In this document: one piece after another, positions 48,972 to 57,086 of the stretch
Layout of the letters: every line of letters starts with the position of its first letter
How positions within the stretch are numbered: position 1 is the first letter of the stretch
From: Gammaproteobacteria bacterium
GTDB taxonomy: Bacteria; Pseudomonadota; Gammaproteobacteria; UBA4575
Assembly: GCA_965243395.1 (NCBI GenBank)
Contig: CBDEUS010000002.1
Coordinates: forward strand, 768,001-832,000
Length of the DNA: 64,000 bases
Direction: 5' to 3'
The notes under the pieces: model-generated
Database searches by the model: none
What the model was told of the DNA's origin: nothing
Seen by the model: the letters and a program-made list of their open reading frames with translations, nothing else
Made by a program: the position numbers and the translations under genes

Positions 48972-49304
48972 TTATACGCAACCAGTTGGTTTAGGTAGAC
49001 CCGCATATTTACATGCTTGTTTAGCAGGACCATAAGGAAATAATTCATATAAATATTTACTATTACCTTTGTCTTTACCTAATTTTTTACCAATTGCTTT
49101 AGTCAATACACGAACTGCTGGTGCAATTTGATATTCTTCATAGTACTCACGTAGAAAGTTAATAACTTCCCAATGATTATCTCCTAGCTCTGCACCATCA
49201 GCAGCAGCCATTGCATCTGCTAATTCGGGGCGCCAATCATTAAGATTTGCTAAATAACCTTCTTCGTCAGTTTCGTATGACTGCCCATTTACTTCTAAGG
49301 ACAT
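48972..49304 (-). CDS. dsrC: DsrC, canonical
   Basis: C-terminal QACKYAGLPKPTGCV with both CysB and CysA. Confidence 0.98.
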   Translation of the reverse strand: MSLEVNGQSYETDEEGYLANLNDWRPELADAMAAADGAELGDNHWEVINFLREYYEEYQIAPAVRVLTKAIGKKLGKDKGNSKYLYELFPYGPAKQACKYAGLPKPTGCV

Positions 49305-49342
49305 ATTGTTCTCCTGTTACCTATATAACGTTTATAAAAAAA

Positions 49343-49651
49343 TTAAAGCCAAGACTGAACTGTTTCATGTTCGGTCGTTAGATCTACAAAGCCGTCATAA
49401 TCGATTACATTGATACCATCGATTAATTTAGTGTCGCTAAGGCCACGGGCTTTGATATCGGGGCCTAAGACATAAAACGAAAAATCATCCATTGCTTTAG
49501 AAACGGCATCACTATATTTGGTGTTTTGCATTGCTCCAATTACACCGTCTTCAAATAACAATACAGAGCTACCTTTTTTTGCCAAGCGCAAGCAAGATTC
49601 AAGAGTATTGCGTTCAAATGGAGATTTATTAACTGTATGTAAAGTTGCCAT
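49343..49651 (-). CDS. dsrH: DsrH
   Basis: LHTVNKSP, EDGV and DYDGFVDL motifs. Confidence 0.97.
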   Translation of the reverse strand: MATLHTVNKSPFERNTLESCLRLAKKGSSVLLFEDGVIGAMQNTKYSDAVSKAMDDFSFYVLGPDIKARGLSDTKLIDGINVIDYDGFVDLTTEHETVQSWL

Positions 49652-49707
49652 AAATTTTAATTAAAAGATTAGTGATCTTGTAAATTGTTAATTTGATATT
49701 TTGTCTC

Positions 49708-50127
49708 TTAGAAGCTCAAGACCACGTCTTGTTCATCAATAATATTAGTAAGCTCTTCACGACCAACAACGAATAAAGAATCTTTTTCAGCCCAATCATC
49801 ATCTTCGTCTTCATATTTTAATGCTTGAAGGTCATCTACTGATAAGCCACGTTCCTCTAAGGATTCTTTTTCCACGTAGATCTTTTTAATGTCGTAATCA
49901 CCCAACGCAGTATAAGTTTTAGAGAAATTTTTCATGCCTATACCGTCGGTATCCTGATCTTTAGTAAGTTGAAAAACACCATCATCAGCAAATACCAAAC
50001 TAATATCTTGATCAAATGCTGCCGCAATAAGTACAACTTCTAGCGATTCCAATGCGTAAATCGTTCCATAAGGGGCTTTACGATTGATATAACAGAATTT
50101 TTTTACTATGCCTTCACCATCTTCCAC
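49708..50127 (-). CDS. dsrF: DsrF
   Basis: KAPYGTIYALESLEVVLIAAAFDQD motif. Confidence 0.97.
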   Translation of the reverse strand: MEDGEGIVKKFCYINRKAPYGTIYALESLEVVLIAAAFDQDISLVFADDGVFQLTKDQDTDGIGMKNFSKTYTALGDYDIKKIYVEKESLEERGLSVDDLQALKYEDEDDDWAEKDSLFVVGREELTNIIDEQDVVLSF

Positions 50128-50144
50128 TAGGTGTTCTCCTAAAA

Positions 50145-50537
50145 TTAATCTCCAAAGGTAACAAGTCGATCAGCTTGTATGCCCGCTTCAATAAGTTGTC
50201 CAAGACCTGATATGCGAAAGCCTTTGGCTAAATTATTTGCTTCTTTACCATGTCGTTTCATTTCATCTTCATCTAGCATGCCTCGACGCTGTGCTGCAGC
50301 AACGCACACAACTAAATCAAGCCCATGTTTCTCAGCTAGCTCAGACCATTCATTAGTAAGATTACGGTCATCTTGAGGTGGCACGCTTAAACTTGTGCCG
50401 TTGTTAACGCCGTCGTGGTAAAAAAAGACACGAAATATTTCGTGCCCATTATTCAACGCTGATTTGACAAACTGCAAGGCCGAATCAGAAGATTGATGCG
50501 TGTACGGTCCCTCGTTTATAACAATTCCAAATTTCAC
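50145..50537 (-). CDS. dsrE: DsrE
   Basis: FFYHDGV, active Cys in CVAAAQRRG, SGLGQL. Confidence 0.97.
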   Translation of the reverse strand: MKFGIVINEGPYTHQSSDSALQFVKSALNNGHEIFRVFFYHDGVNNGTSLSVPPQDDRNLTNEWSELAEKHGLDLVVCVAAAQRRGMLDEDEMKRHGKEANNLAKGFRISGLGQLIEAGIQADRLVTFGD

Positions 50538-50551
50538 ATTGATCCCTCATG

Positions 50552-51625
50552 TTAGAAGCGAATGTGAGTCGAAGAATTCAAGCTTCGACGTGCACCGCGC
50601 CAGTTATCAATGTGGAACTTTGTAAACGGAAGTCCAGTAACCTCAAAGAAACGTGGCCAACCAATGCGCTCAACCCAATCGTTAATGCGTTCCCAGTCTT
50701 TTGCATTGTCACGATAGGCACGCAAAATATTTTTAACTACTGCAGTTGCTTCGGGCCACCGTGGCGGATTGTTAGGAATTCCAGCTGCCACTAATTTTTG
50801 GAATGTAGGTTTGCCTCTTGCATTACTGTGATTTCCACCCACCCAAATCGCGAGCTGACTATGTTCAGCGTCATTAATTTGCATTGGTGGGCATGGTGGG
50901 TAACAAGCCCCGCAGCAAATACATTTTTTCTCATCAACTTCTAAAGAAGGTTTGCCGTTAACTTGAGCAGGTCGAATGGCCGCAACAGGGCAGCGTGCTA
51001 CTACAGAAGGTCTTTCGCAAACATTAGAAACTAAATCATGATTTATTTTAGGTGGTTTGGTGTGTTGCACATTAATTGCAATATCACCTTGCCCACCACA
51101 ATTAATTTGACAACAAGATGTTGTGATATGAACACGATTAGGCATGTTGTTTTCGCGGAACTCATCAATGAGTTCATCCATCATTGCTTTAACAACACCT
51201 GATGCATCAGTACCGGGGATATCGCAGTGCAACCATCCTTGAGTATGCGAAATCATTGCTACTGAATTCTTTGTGCCGCCAACAATAAAGCCTTCAGATT
51301 CTAATACATCAATTAATGGCTGTACTTTTGCCTCATCGGCAACCATGTATTCAATATTGCTTCGAATCGTAAAACGCACATGTCCGTCTGCATACTCATC
51401 GCCTATGTCGCACAACTTGCGTAGAGTAAACACGTCTAATATGCGCTGAGTGCCTGCACGCACTGTCCAAATTTTATCGCCACCATCAGCTACATGAAGT
51501 AATACCCCTGGACGTGGGTGCTCATGATATTCCCAGTTACCATAATTTTTACGCATCAACGGATGCATGTATTGAAATCCGTCCGGACATCCAGATTCAA
51601 TGGGTGGACGATGTTCTTGCGCCAT
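50552..51625 (-). CDS. dsrB: Reverse dissimilatory sulfite reductase beta subunit
   Basis: HTQGWLHCDIP, CCQINCG and CICCGACYPPC motifs. Confidence 0.98.
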   Translation of the reverse strand: MAQEHRPPIESGCPDGFQYMHPLMRKNYGNWEYHEHPRPGVLLHVADGGDKIWTVRAGTQRILDVFTLRKLCDIGDEYADGHVRFTIRSNIEYMVADEAKVQPLIDVLESEGFIVGGTKNSVAMISHTQGWLHCDIPGTDASGVVKAMMDELIDEFRENNMPNRVHITTSCCQINCGGQGDIAINVQHTKPPKINHDLVSNVCERPSVVARCPVAAIRPAQVNGKPSLEVDEKKCICCGACYPPCPPMQINDAEHSQLAIWVGGNHSNARGKPTFQKLVAAGIPNNPPRWPEATAVVKNILRAYRDNAKDWERINDWVERIGWPRFFEVTGLPFTKFHIDNWRGARRSLNSSTHIRF

Positions 51626-51689
51626 TATTTTCTCCTACGCTTATATATTTAAATTTTTATTGAAAGCTGTTGTGTTTATTTACGTGTGA

Positions 51690-52949
51690 TTAACCAGCTG
51701 CAGCTTGTTCAGCTTTGTTGTTAAACCACTTCTCAGCTTCCTCGTCCCAACTATCTGAACGGAAATATGAGCTTTGGCGCGGTTCATTGATCATATTTGG
51801 ATCAACTTCAACACCAACACCTTCTAAGAAGTTGACCAAACCAATGCGTTCGATCATCTCTCCACAACGTTCATGCTCAAGACCATTTTCAGCCCAGAAA
51901 TCAATAGTTTCTTCAGCCAACTCTACTAGGCTCTCGTAATCTTCTTCGGTCTCAAGTTTCTTAAACGGAACAATTACAGTTCCCATTAAGTCGCCAATTT
52001 TAAGTGTACGCTTGCCACCAATTAATATTGTTACGCCTTGATCGTCACCTGGAGATAATGCTTTCACCATGACATTTAAACAGTGCATGCAGCGCACACA
52101 GTCTTGGTTATTTACTTCTAAGGTATCATCATCTTTAAGAGCGAGGGCTTGAGTGGGGCAGCGAGTGATTACATTATCAATTACATATTGGCGTCCTTTG
52201 CGTTTAACGAATTTTTTAACTTCGTCTTGGTCAACCTTCATGTCATCACGCCAAGTGCCAATAATGGAAAAATCCGAACGTTCGATTGAGTTCATGCAAT
52301 CATTTGGACAGCCTGAAACTTTAAATTTAAATTTGTATGGTAAAGCAGGACGATGAACATCATCTGTGAAATTATTTAGAAGTGTGCGATGAATTTTCAT
52401 TTCATCTGCATTGGACATTTCACAACGTGCAGCGCCTACACATGACATGCCTGTACGTACGCATGGTCCAGCACCACCTAAGTCCCATCCATAATCATTA
52501 ATTTCATCAAAAAAGTGTTGTGTGTTTTCAGTTGTTGCACCAATGAACATGATGTTTCCGGTTTGACCATGGAAAGTAACAAGACCTGAGCCATGTTTTT
52601 CCCAACTATCACCAAGCTGTCGTAGCATGTCTGTGGTGTAATAGTTACCTGCAGGTGGTTGTACTCGTAAAGTATGAAATTCCTTTGATTCAGGAAATGC
52701 CGCACCTACTTCAGAAAATCGTGGAATGATTCCACTACCGTAACCAAATACAGAAACCGTACCGCCTTTCCAATAACCTTTACGTGTTTCGTAAGAGTGT
52801 TCCAGTTGACCTAATAAAGAATTTGCTACGCCTTGAATTCTTTCGTCTTGATGTTGATCGCGTAAACGTTTAATGCCAGAAACAAAACTAGGCCAAGGAC
52901 CCGTTTCTAGCTCATCGAGCATGGGAGTTGGATGATGCTTGTCGGCCAT
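51690..52949 (-). CDS. dsrA: Reverse dissimilatory sulfite reductase alpha subunit
   Basis: TPMLDELETGPWPSF, CVGAARC, GCPNDC and CVRCMHC motifs. Confidence 0.98.
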   Translation of the reverse strand: MADKHHPTPMLDELETGPWPSFVSGIKRLRDQHQDERIQGVANSLLGQLEHSYETRKGYWKGGTVSVFGYGSGIIPRFSEVGAAFPESKEFHTLRVQPPAGNYYTTDMLRQLGDSWEKHGSGLVTFHGQTGNIMFIGATTENTQHFFDEINDYGWDLGGAGPCVRTGMSCVGAARCEMSNADEMKIHRTLLNNFTDDVHRPALPYKFKFKVSGCPNDCMNSIERSDFSIIGTWRDDMKVDQDEVKKFVKRKGRQYVIDNVITRCPTQALALKDDDTLEVNNQDCVRCMHCLNVMVKALSPGDDQGVTILIGGKRTLKIGDLMGTVIVPFKKLETEEDYESLVELAEETIDFWAENGLEHERCGEMIERIGLVNFLEGVGVEVDPNMINEPRQSSYFRSDSWDEEAEKWFNNKAEQAAAG

Positions 52950-53267
52950 GGTGGAATCTCCTAATAACTTTAGTCGAGAATGTAAAATTGCACTTTAAAT
53001 AAGTGGACTAATTGTACCGAAACGGCACTGGCATAATTGCCGTAACCGTCATGGAAACACATGTTTAGCAGTCTAGAAGTAGGGCTAAATAGGCAAAATC
53101 CCCTCCATGGGGTGCCGACTTAAATACAACTTATCCCATGAGAGATAGAGTTTATTAGGGCGAGGAGATAAGTGAAATTCAGTGTACATAATGTAGTCTA
53201 AATACTTATTCTATAACCAATTTATTTACATCGGCTTATTCTTCAAAACTATTGTAATTCTTTAACT

Positions 53268-54185
53268 ATGAAGCCATGTTTTCTCGAATCTGAAAGTGAT
53301 TATCGCCAATGGCGGGCAGAGAAGCTTAGTGGATATCCTGACTCCATCGAGCCGCTCATTGTAGATATCGAGGATCCCTATCATATTTCGCAGCAAGAGA
53401 GGACGAAATTAGTCCAAATATGCAAAAAAACCAATATGGTTTTCTATCGGATACTAAATCTCAAAACTGAGGAAAAGGGAATTGTTAAAACTATTGCTGC
53501 ACAAGTTGGTTTAATGAACATGGATGGAAATTTGTGTGCGGATCAGAATCGAATTTCTTCGATTCAAGTTCTAGATGATAAGTTGAGTGGCAACTATATT
53601 CCGTATACTAACAAATCACTTAATTGGCATACCGATGGATATTACAATCAAGATCAACAACGCATTCGTTCTTTTTTGATGCATTGTGTACGACCTGCAC
53701 ACTCAGGTGGAATCAATTCTTATTTAGATCCTGAAATCTTTTATATTTTGTTGCGTGATCTAAATCCGAACTATATTGAGACATTGCAGAAAGAGGATGT
53801 GATGTCCATCCCGGCAAATATTGATAAAAATAAAGTAATTAGAAAAGAAAAGCAGGGACCAGTATTTTTATTTGATAAAAAATCACAATCGCTCTATCTA
53901 CGTTATACCGCAAGAGCGCGCAATATTATTTGGAAAGATAATGTTGAAACGAAAAAGGTAAGAGATGTGATATTAGATATATTAAATAATAACGATTATC
54001 AGTTTCAATATCGTTTGCAGAGTGGTGAAGGCGTTATTTGTAATAACGTATTGCACAACCGAACTTCATTTAAAGACCAACCTAACTCTACACGTTTACT
54101 ATACCGTGCACGTTTTTATGACCGCGTTGCGGCTACTGTACAAGAACATGACTTAAGGGAGCAGATTGATGTTGTGGCTAAGTGA
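53268..54185 (+). CDS. TauD/TfdA-family Fe(II)/2OG dioxygenase
   Basis: WHTDGYY (HxD) and NNVLHNR...R.LYR motifs. Confidence 0.85.
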   Translation: MKPCFLESESDYRQWRAEKLSGYPDSIEPLIVDIEDPYHISQQERTKLVQICKKTNMVFYRILNLKTEEKGIVKTIAAQVGLMNMDGNLCADQNRISSIQVLDDKLSGNYIPYTNKSLNWHTDGYYNQDQQRIRSFLMHCVRPAHSGGINSYLDPEIFYILLRDLNPNYIETLQKEDVMSIPANIDKNKVIRKEKQGPVFLFDKKSQSLYLRYTARARNIIWKDNVETKKVRDVILDILNNNDYQFQYRLQSGEGVICNNVLHNRTSFKDQPNSTRLLYRARFYDRVAATVQEHDLREQIDVVAK

Positions 54186-54369
54186 AGTTTTGTTGCAACA
54201 TCATGAATTGCAATCTTTTGAGGAGCTTAAGTTAAAGTTGGGTGAGCGAGCCCAGCAAGGTGAAATGTTTTTTAGAATGGACGTGCGTCCACCCTTTCAA
54301 GATACACCCGAAAATTGGGAAGATATATTAGAAGCCGTGTTTACAGCGGCGAACAAATCGTCTGACTAA
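54169..54369 (+). CDS. 66-aa hypothetical protein
   Basis: RBS AAGGGAG; overlaps the stop of the TauD-like gene; MDVRPPF.DTPENWE motif. Confidence 0.8.
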   Translation: MLWLSEVLLQHHELQSFEELKLKLGERAQQGEMFFRMDVRPPFQDTPENWEDILEAVFTAANKSSD

Positions 54370-54378
54370 AAAATTAAC

Positions 54379-55068
54379 ATGTATTGGCAAGATAAAGAAG
54401 ATAAGAAAGAACAGTTTATCGTTCCAGACGACATCATTGATGTGTCATTTAAAGTGCAGTGTAAACAACTACCCTTGGATCATGCTTATGCGCTTTCGCA
54501 AGCCATTCAAAATGAATTACCCTGGATACATGATGAACCTCAGGCGGGGATCCACTTAATACATGGCGCAGAGTCTGGCAATGGCTGGATTCGTCCACAA
54601 GAGCCTGATGCAATTCTAAATTTATCTCGACGTACACGTTTTATGTTAAGGCTTCCAAAACATCGTGTTGAAGAAGCTCATCAGTTATTAAATGTGCCCA
54701 TAAATGTGGGAGGTTTTGAGGTGATTTTGAGCAATCCTCAGTCAAAAAAGCTTTCTGCACTGACTACAATATTCGCACGTCATATCATTACAGAAAGTAT
54801 TGAAGATGAAGATGAATTTTTAAATCAAGCGGCCCTGTTATTAAAGAATCAGGGAATACGGGTAAAGAAAATGATGAGTGGTTTAGCGCATGTGCTACGC
54901 ATGCCGGAGCAAAATTTATCAACCCGTAGCCTGATGATTGATGGGCTTGATATTGAAGAATCAATATTTTTGCAACAGCATGGTTTGGGGGAAGGCAGGA
55001 AAATAGGTTGTGGCTTATTTTTACCACATAAGGGGATTGACGCAGTGGGAGAAGCTCAGCAAAAATAA
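54379..55068 (+). CDS. cas6: Orphan Cas6 (type I-MYXAN Cas6/Cmx6-like RAMP protein)
   Basis: N-terminal LPLDHAYAL and C-terminal Gly loop S..LQ..GLGEGRKIGCGLF.P (GhGxxxxxGhG); 229 aa. Confidence 0.85.
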   Translation: MYWQDKEDKKEQFIVPDDIIDVSFKVQCKQLPLDHAYALSQAIQNELPWIHDEPQAGIHLIHGAESGNGWIRPQEPDAILNLSRRTRFMLRLPKHRVEEAHQLLNVPINVGGFEVILSNPQSKKLSALTTIFARHIITESIEDEDEFLNQAALLLKNQGIRVKKMMSGLAHVLRMPEQNLSTRSLMIDGLDIEESIFLQQHGLGEGRKIGCGLFLPHKGIDAVGEAQQK

Positions 55069-55133
55069 TTACTTTGAAAGTAATTTAATAATAATTATCA
55101 AAACTGTTATTTATATTTTGTGAGGAGTTAGAT

Positions 55134-55475
55134 ATGGCAATGAATGTAAATGGCAAAGAAATAGAAACCACTGATTCTGGGTTTCTAGTGAGCCTAGAAG
55201 ACTGGAATAAAGAGGTGGCAGAGGAAATTGCTAAAGACGAGGGCGTTGAATTAACAGATAAACATTGGGATGTAATCAATTATTTACGGGATGAGTTTGT
55301 AAATAATAATGGCAATCTGCCTAATACCCGCAATATGGTTAAGGCTATGGCCAAAGCTTGGGGAGAGAAAAAAATTGATGCCAAAGTTTTATATGACTTA
55401 TTTCCAGGCAATCCAAGTAAACAAGCAGGCCGTATTGGAGGATTACCTGAGAGTAGGCGCAAAGGTGGTTATTAA
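55134..55475 (+). CDS. DsrC/TusE-family paralogue with no cysteine (RspA-like)
   Basis: TD.GFL....W, LT..HW.VI.YLR and LFP.NP.KQA..I.GLP motifs; ends SRRKGGY. Confidence 0.9.
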   Translation: MAMNVNGKEIETTDSGFLVSLEDWNKEVAEEIAKDEGVELTDKHWDVINYLRDEFVNNNGNLPNTRNMVKAMAKAWGEKKIDAKVLYDLFPGNPSKQAGRIGGLPESRRKGGY

Positions 55476-55574
55476 CTTCTTTGTATAATTCCACCCAATA
55501 CGGAATACAGACAGGCTTCAGGGGTCTGATTACATTAGTTATAACTATTTTCAGTGTTACTGAGCGAGGTTAAA

Positions 55575-55778
55575 GTGAGTTCAAAACAGGAAAAGATTAA
55601 AAAATTACTCGAAATGCAAAAAAAGTTTATTGAGTTTGAGCAGAATGGTGAATTGACTGCACAAGGTTATTGGTTTCCTGAAGATGGCTCTGAGCTTGAT
55701 GGCTACAAAGAAGAATATATGAAGCTTGCTATGGAAGTGGTAGATGACGCGCATGAAGAAGTGGGCTCGAAACGATAA
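55575..55778 (+). CDS. 67-aa hypothetical protein
   Basis: GAGG RBS before GTG 55575; last gene before the terminator. Confidence 0.75.
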   Translation: MSSKQEKIKKLLEMQKKFIEFEQNGELTAQGYWFPEDGSELDGYKEEYMKLAMEVVDDAHEEVGSKR

Positions 55779-55787
55779 CCAAAATTC

Positions 55788-55839
55788 ATAATGTAATAAA
55801 AAAAAGGCCGCGAATGCGGCCTTTTTTTTATTACATTAT
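55788..55839. terminator. Bidirectional terminator with 24-bp perfect arms
   Basis: ATAATGTAAT-A8-GGCCGC-GAAT-GCGGCC-T8-ATTACATTAT between convergent genes. Confidence 0.92.
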
Positions 55840-56507
55840 TAAACTTCACTCCACATGCGTACCAAGTTTACATATACATTATCGATTCGTTTTGTATCTT
55901 CTGATTCAGGATCTTTACGCAACATTTTTTCTCTCGTTTTGTTGAGTTGATAAAGTAGCTCACGTTGTTCATTGCTGCGAATTAAACTTTGCACCCAGGT
56001 AACGGCTACCAAGCGCTCACCTTTGGTTATCGGTGTCACTTCATGATGAGTAGTAGCAGGATAGAGGACGGCGTCACCTGCAGGATATTTAATAGTTTGT
56101 TCACCATAGGGTGATCGTATGCGTAGTTCACCCCCTTCATATTCATCAGGAGCATTTAAGAAAATCGTTACTGCAATATCGGAACGGTAGTAATTGTCTT
56201 TGCCCATAATCGGGTCATCTAGATGTTCGCCATATTCCATTCCTATCTGGTAACGAGCATAAAATGGTGTGGCAACTCGATGTGGTAAAGCGGCACGTTG
56301 ATATTCTGGATGGCGAACTAAGTTATTCATGACAATTTGATTTAACTCGGCAATAATATTTTCATTAACCAGTTCTTCATTGTTTTTAACAGTTTTTGCA
56401 ATGTCGCCTGCTGATAGTTTTCCATGATGAAAATCTGCATTTGAGAGTAAAGCTTGAACTTGTTTGAGTTCCTTATCTCCAAGCACATGTTTAATTTGTA
56501 CTAACAT
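55839..56507 (-). CDS. PKHD-type Fe(II)/2OG hydroxylase (PiuC/YbiX-like)
   Basis: YGEHLD, RSD...TIFL..P.EYEGGEL and H.V.PIT.GER....W.QS motifs. Confidence 0.92.
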   Translation of the reverse strand: MLVQIKHVLGDKELKQVQALLSNADFHHGKLSAGDIAKTVKNNEELVNENIIAELNQIVMNNLVRHPEYQRAALPHRVATPFYARYQIGMEYGEHLDDPIMGKDNYYRSDIAVTIFLNAPDEYEGGELRIRSPYGEQTIKYPAGDAVLYPATTHHEVTPITKGERLVAVTWVQSLIRSNEQRELLYQLNKTREKMLRKDPESEDTKRIDNVYVNLVRMWSEV

Positions 56508-56560
56508 TTTTTATAGTGCACGAAAGGTTATACTAGTGATCAATTCTGAATATGTAATTT

Positions 56561-56887
56561 GTGATGATACTTAAAGTTACAATCGATGAGAAAACATTTC
56601 CGCTTGAGGTGGATGAAGAGATGATGCAGCGTGCGGATAACGCATTTAAAAAAATGGATGACGACATGAGTCAAGGTTGGCAGATGAGTAGAGTGTGGGT
56701 TGAAAACCCATCTGATTTACAACGCTGTCAAATCGCTGCAGATAAAATGCTAACGGCCATACAGCAAGAGAATAAGGCTACGGTTGGTCTCATGGCGGCT
56801 TATATTATGCGTAAACTACCGGGAATCACTGCTATTGATATTGATACCTCGGGCGATATGACTTTAACGGAAGTCGTGATGAATTAG
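56561..56887 (+). CDS. Hypothetical protein
   Basis: 108-aa ORF with KMD.DM..GWQMSR.WVE.P...RCQIAADK. Confidence 0.75.
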   Translation: MMILKVTIDEKTFPLEVDEEMMQRADNAFKKMDDDMSQGWQMSRVWVENPSDLQRCQIAADKMLTAIQQENKATVGLMAAYIMRKLPGITAIDIDTSGDMTLTEVVMN

Positions 56888-57086
56888 GGATGTTCAGCTT
56901 TACTAGTAACTCAGTAAATTCCTCTGAAACAACACAAAGTAAAACAGAATCAATACTTTTATTAGTGTTGTTTCCATCATCATAGCTCGCATTTTTAAGC
57001 ATAATCAGCAATACTTATCCCCCTAAAAATATGATTATTTAATTCCGGCAATGGCATGTCGGAATACCTTATCTCTGGAGGTACTT

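Noticed and set aside
52950-57086. CRISPR array near the cas6 gene
   Set aside because: Intergenic gaps are short and show no 25-40 bp repeat with spacers. The two GAAAC ends near 53019 and 53054 are not preceded by matching sequence.
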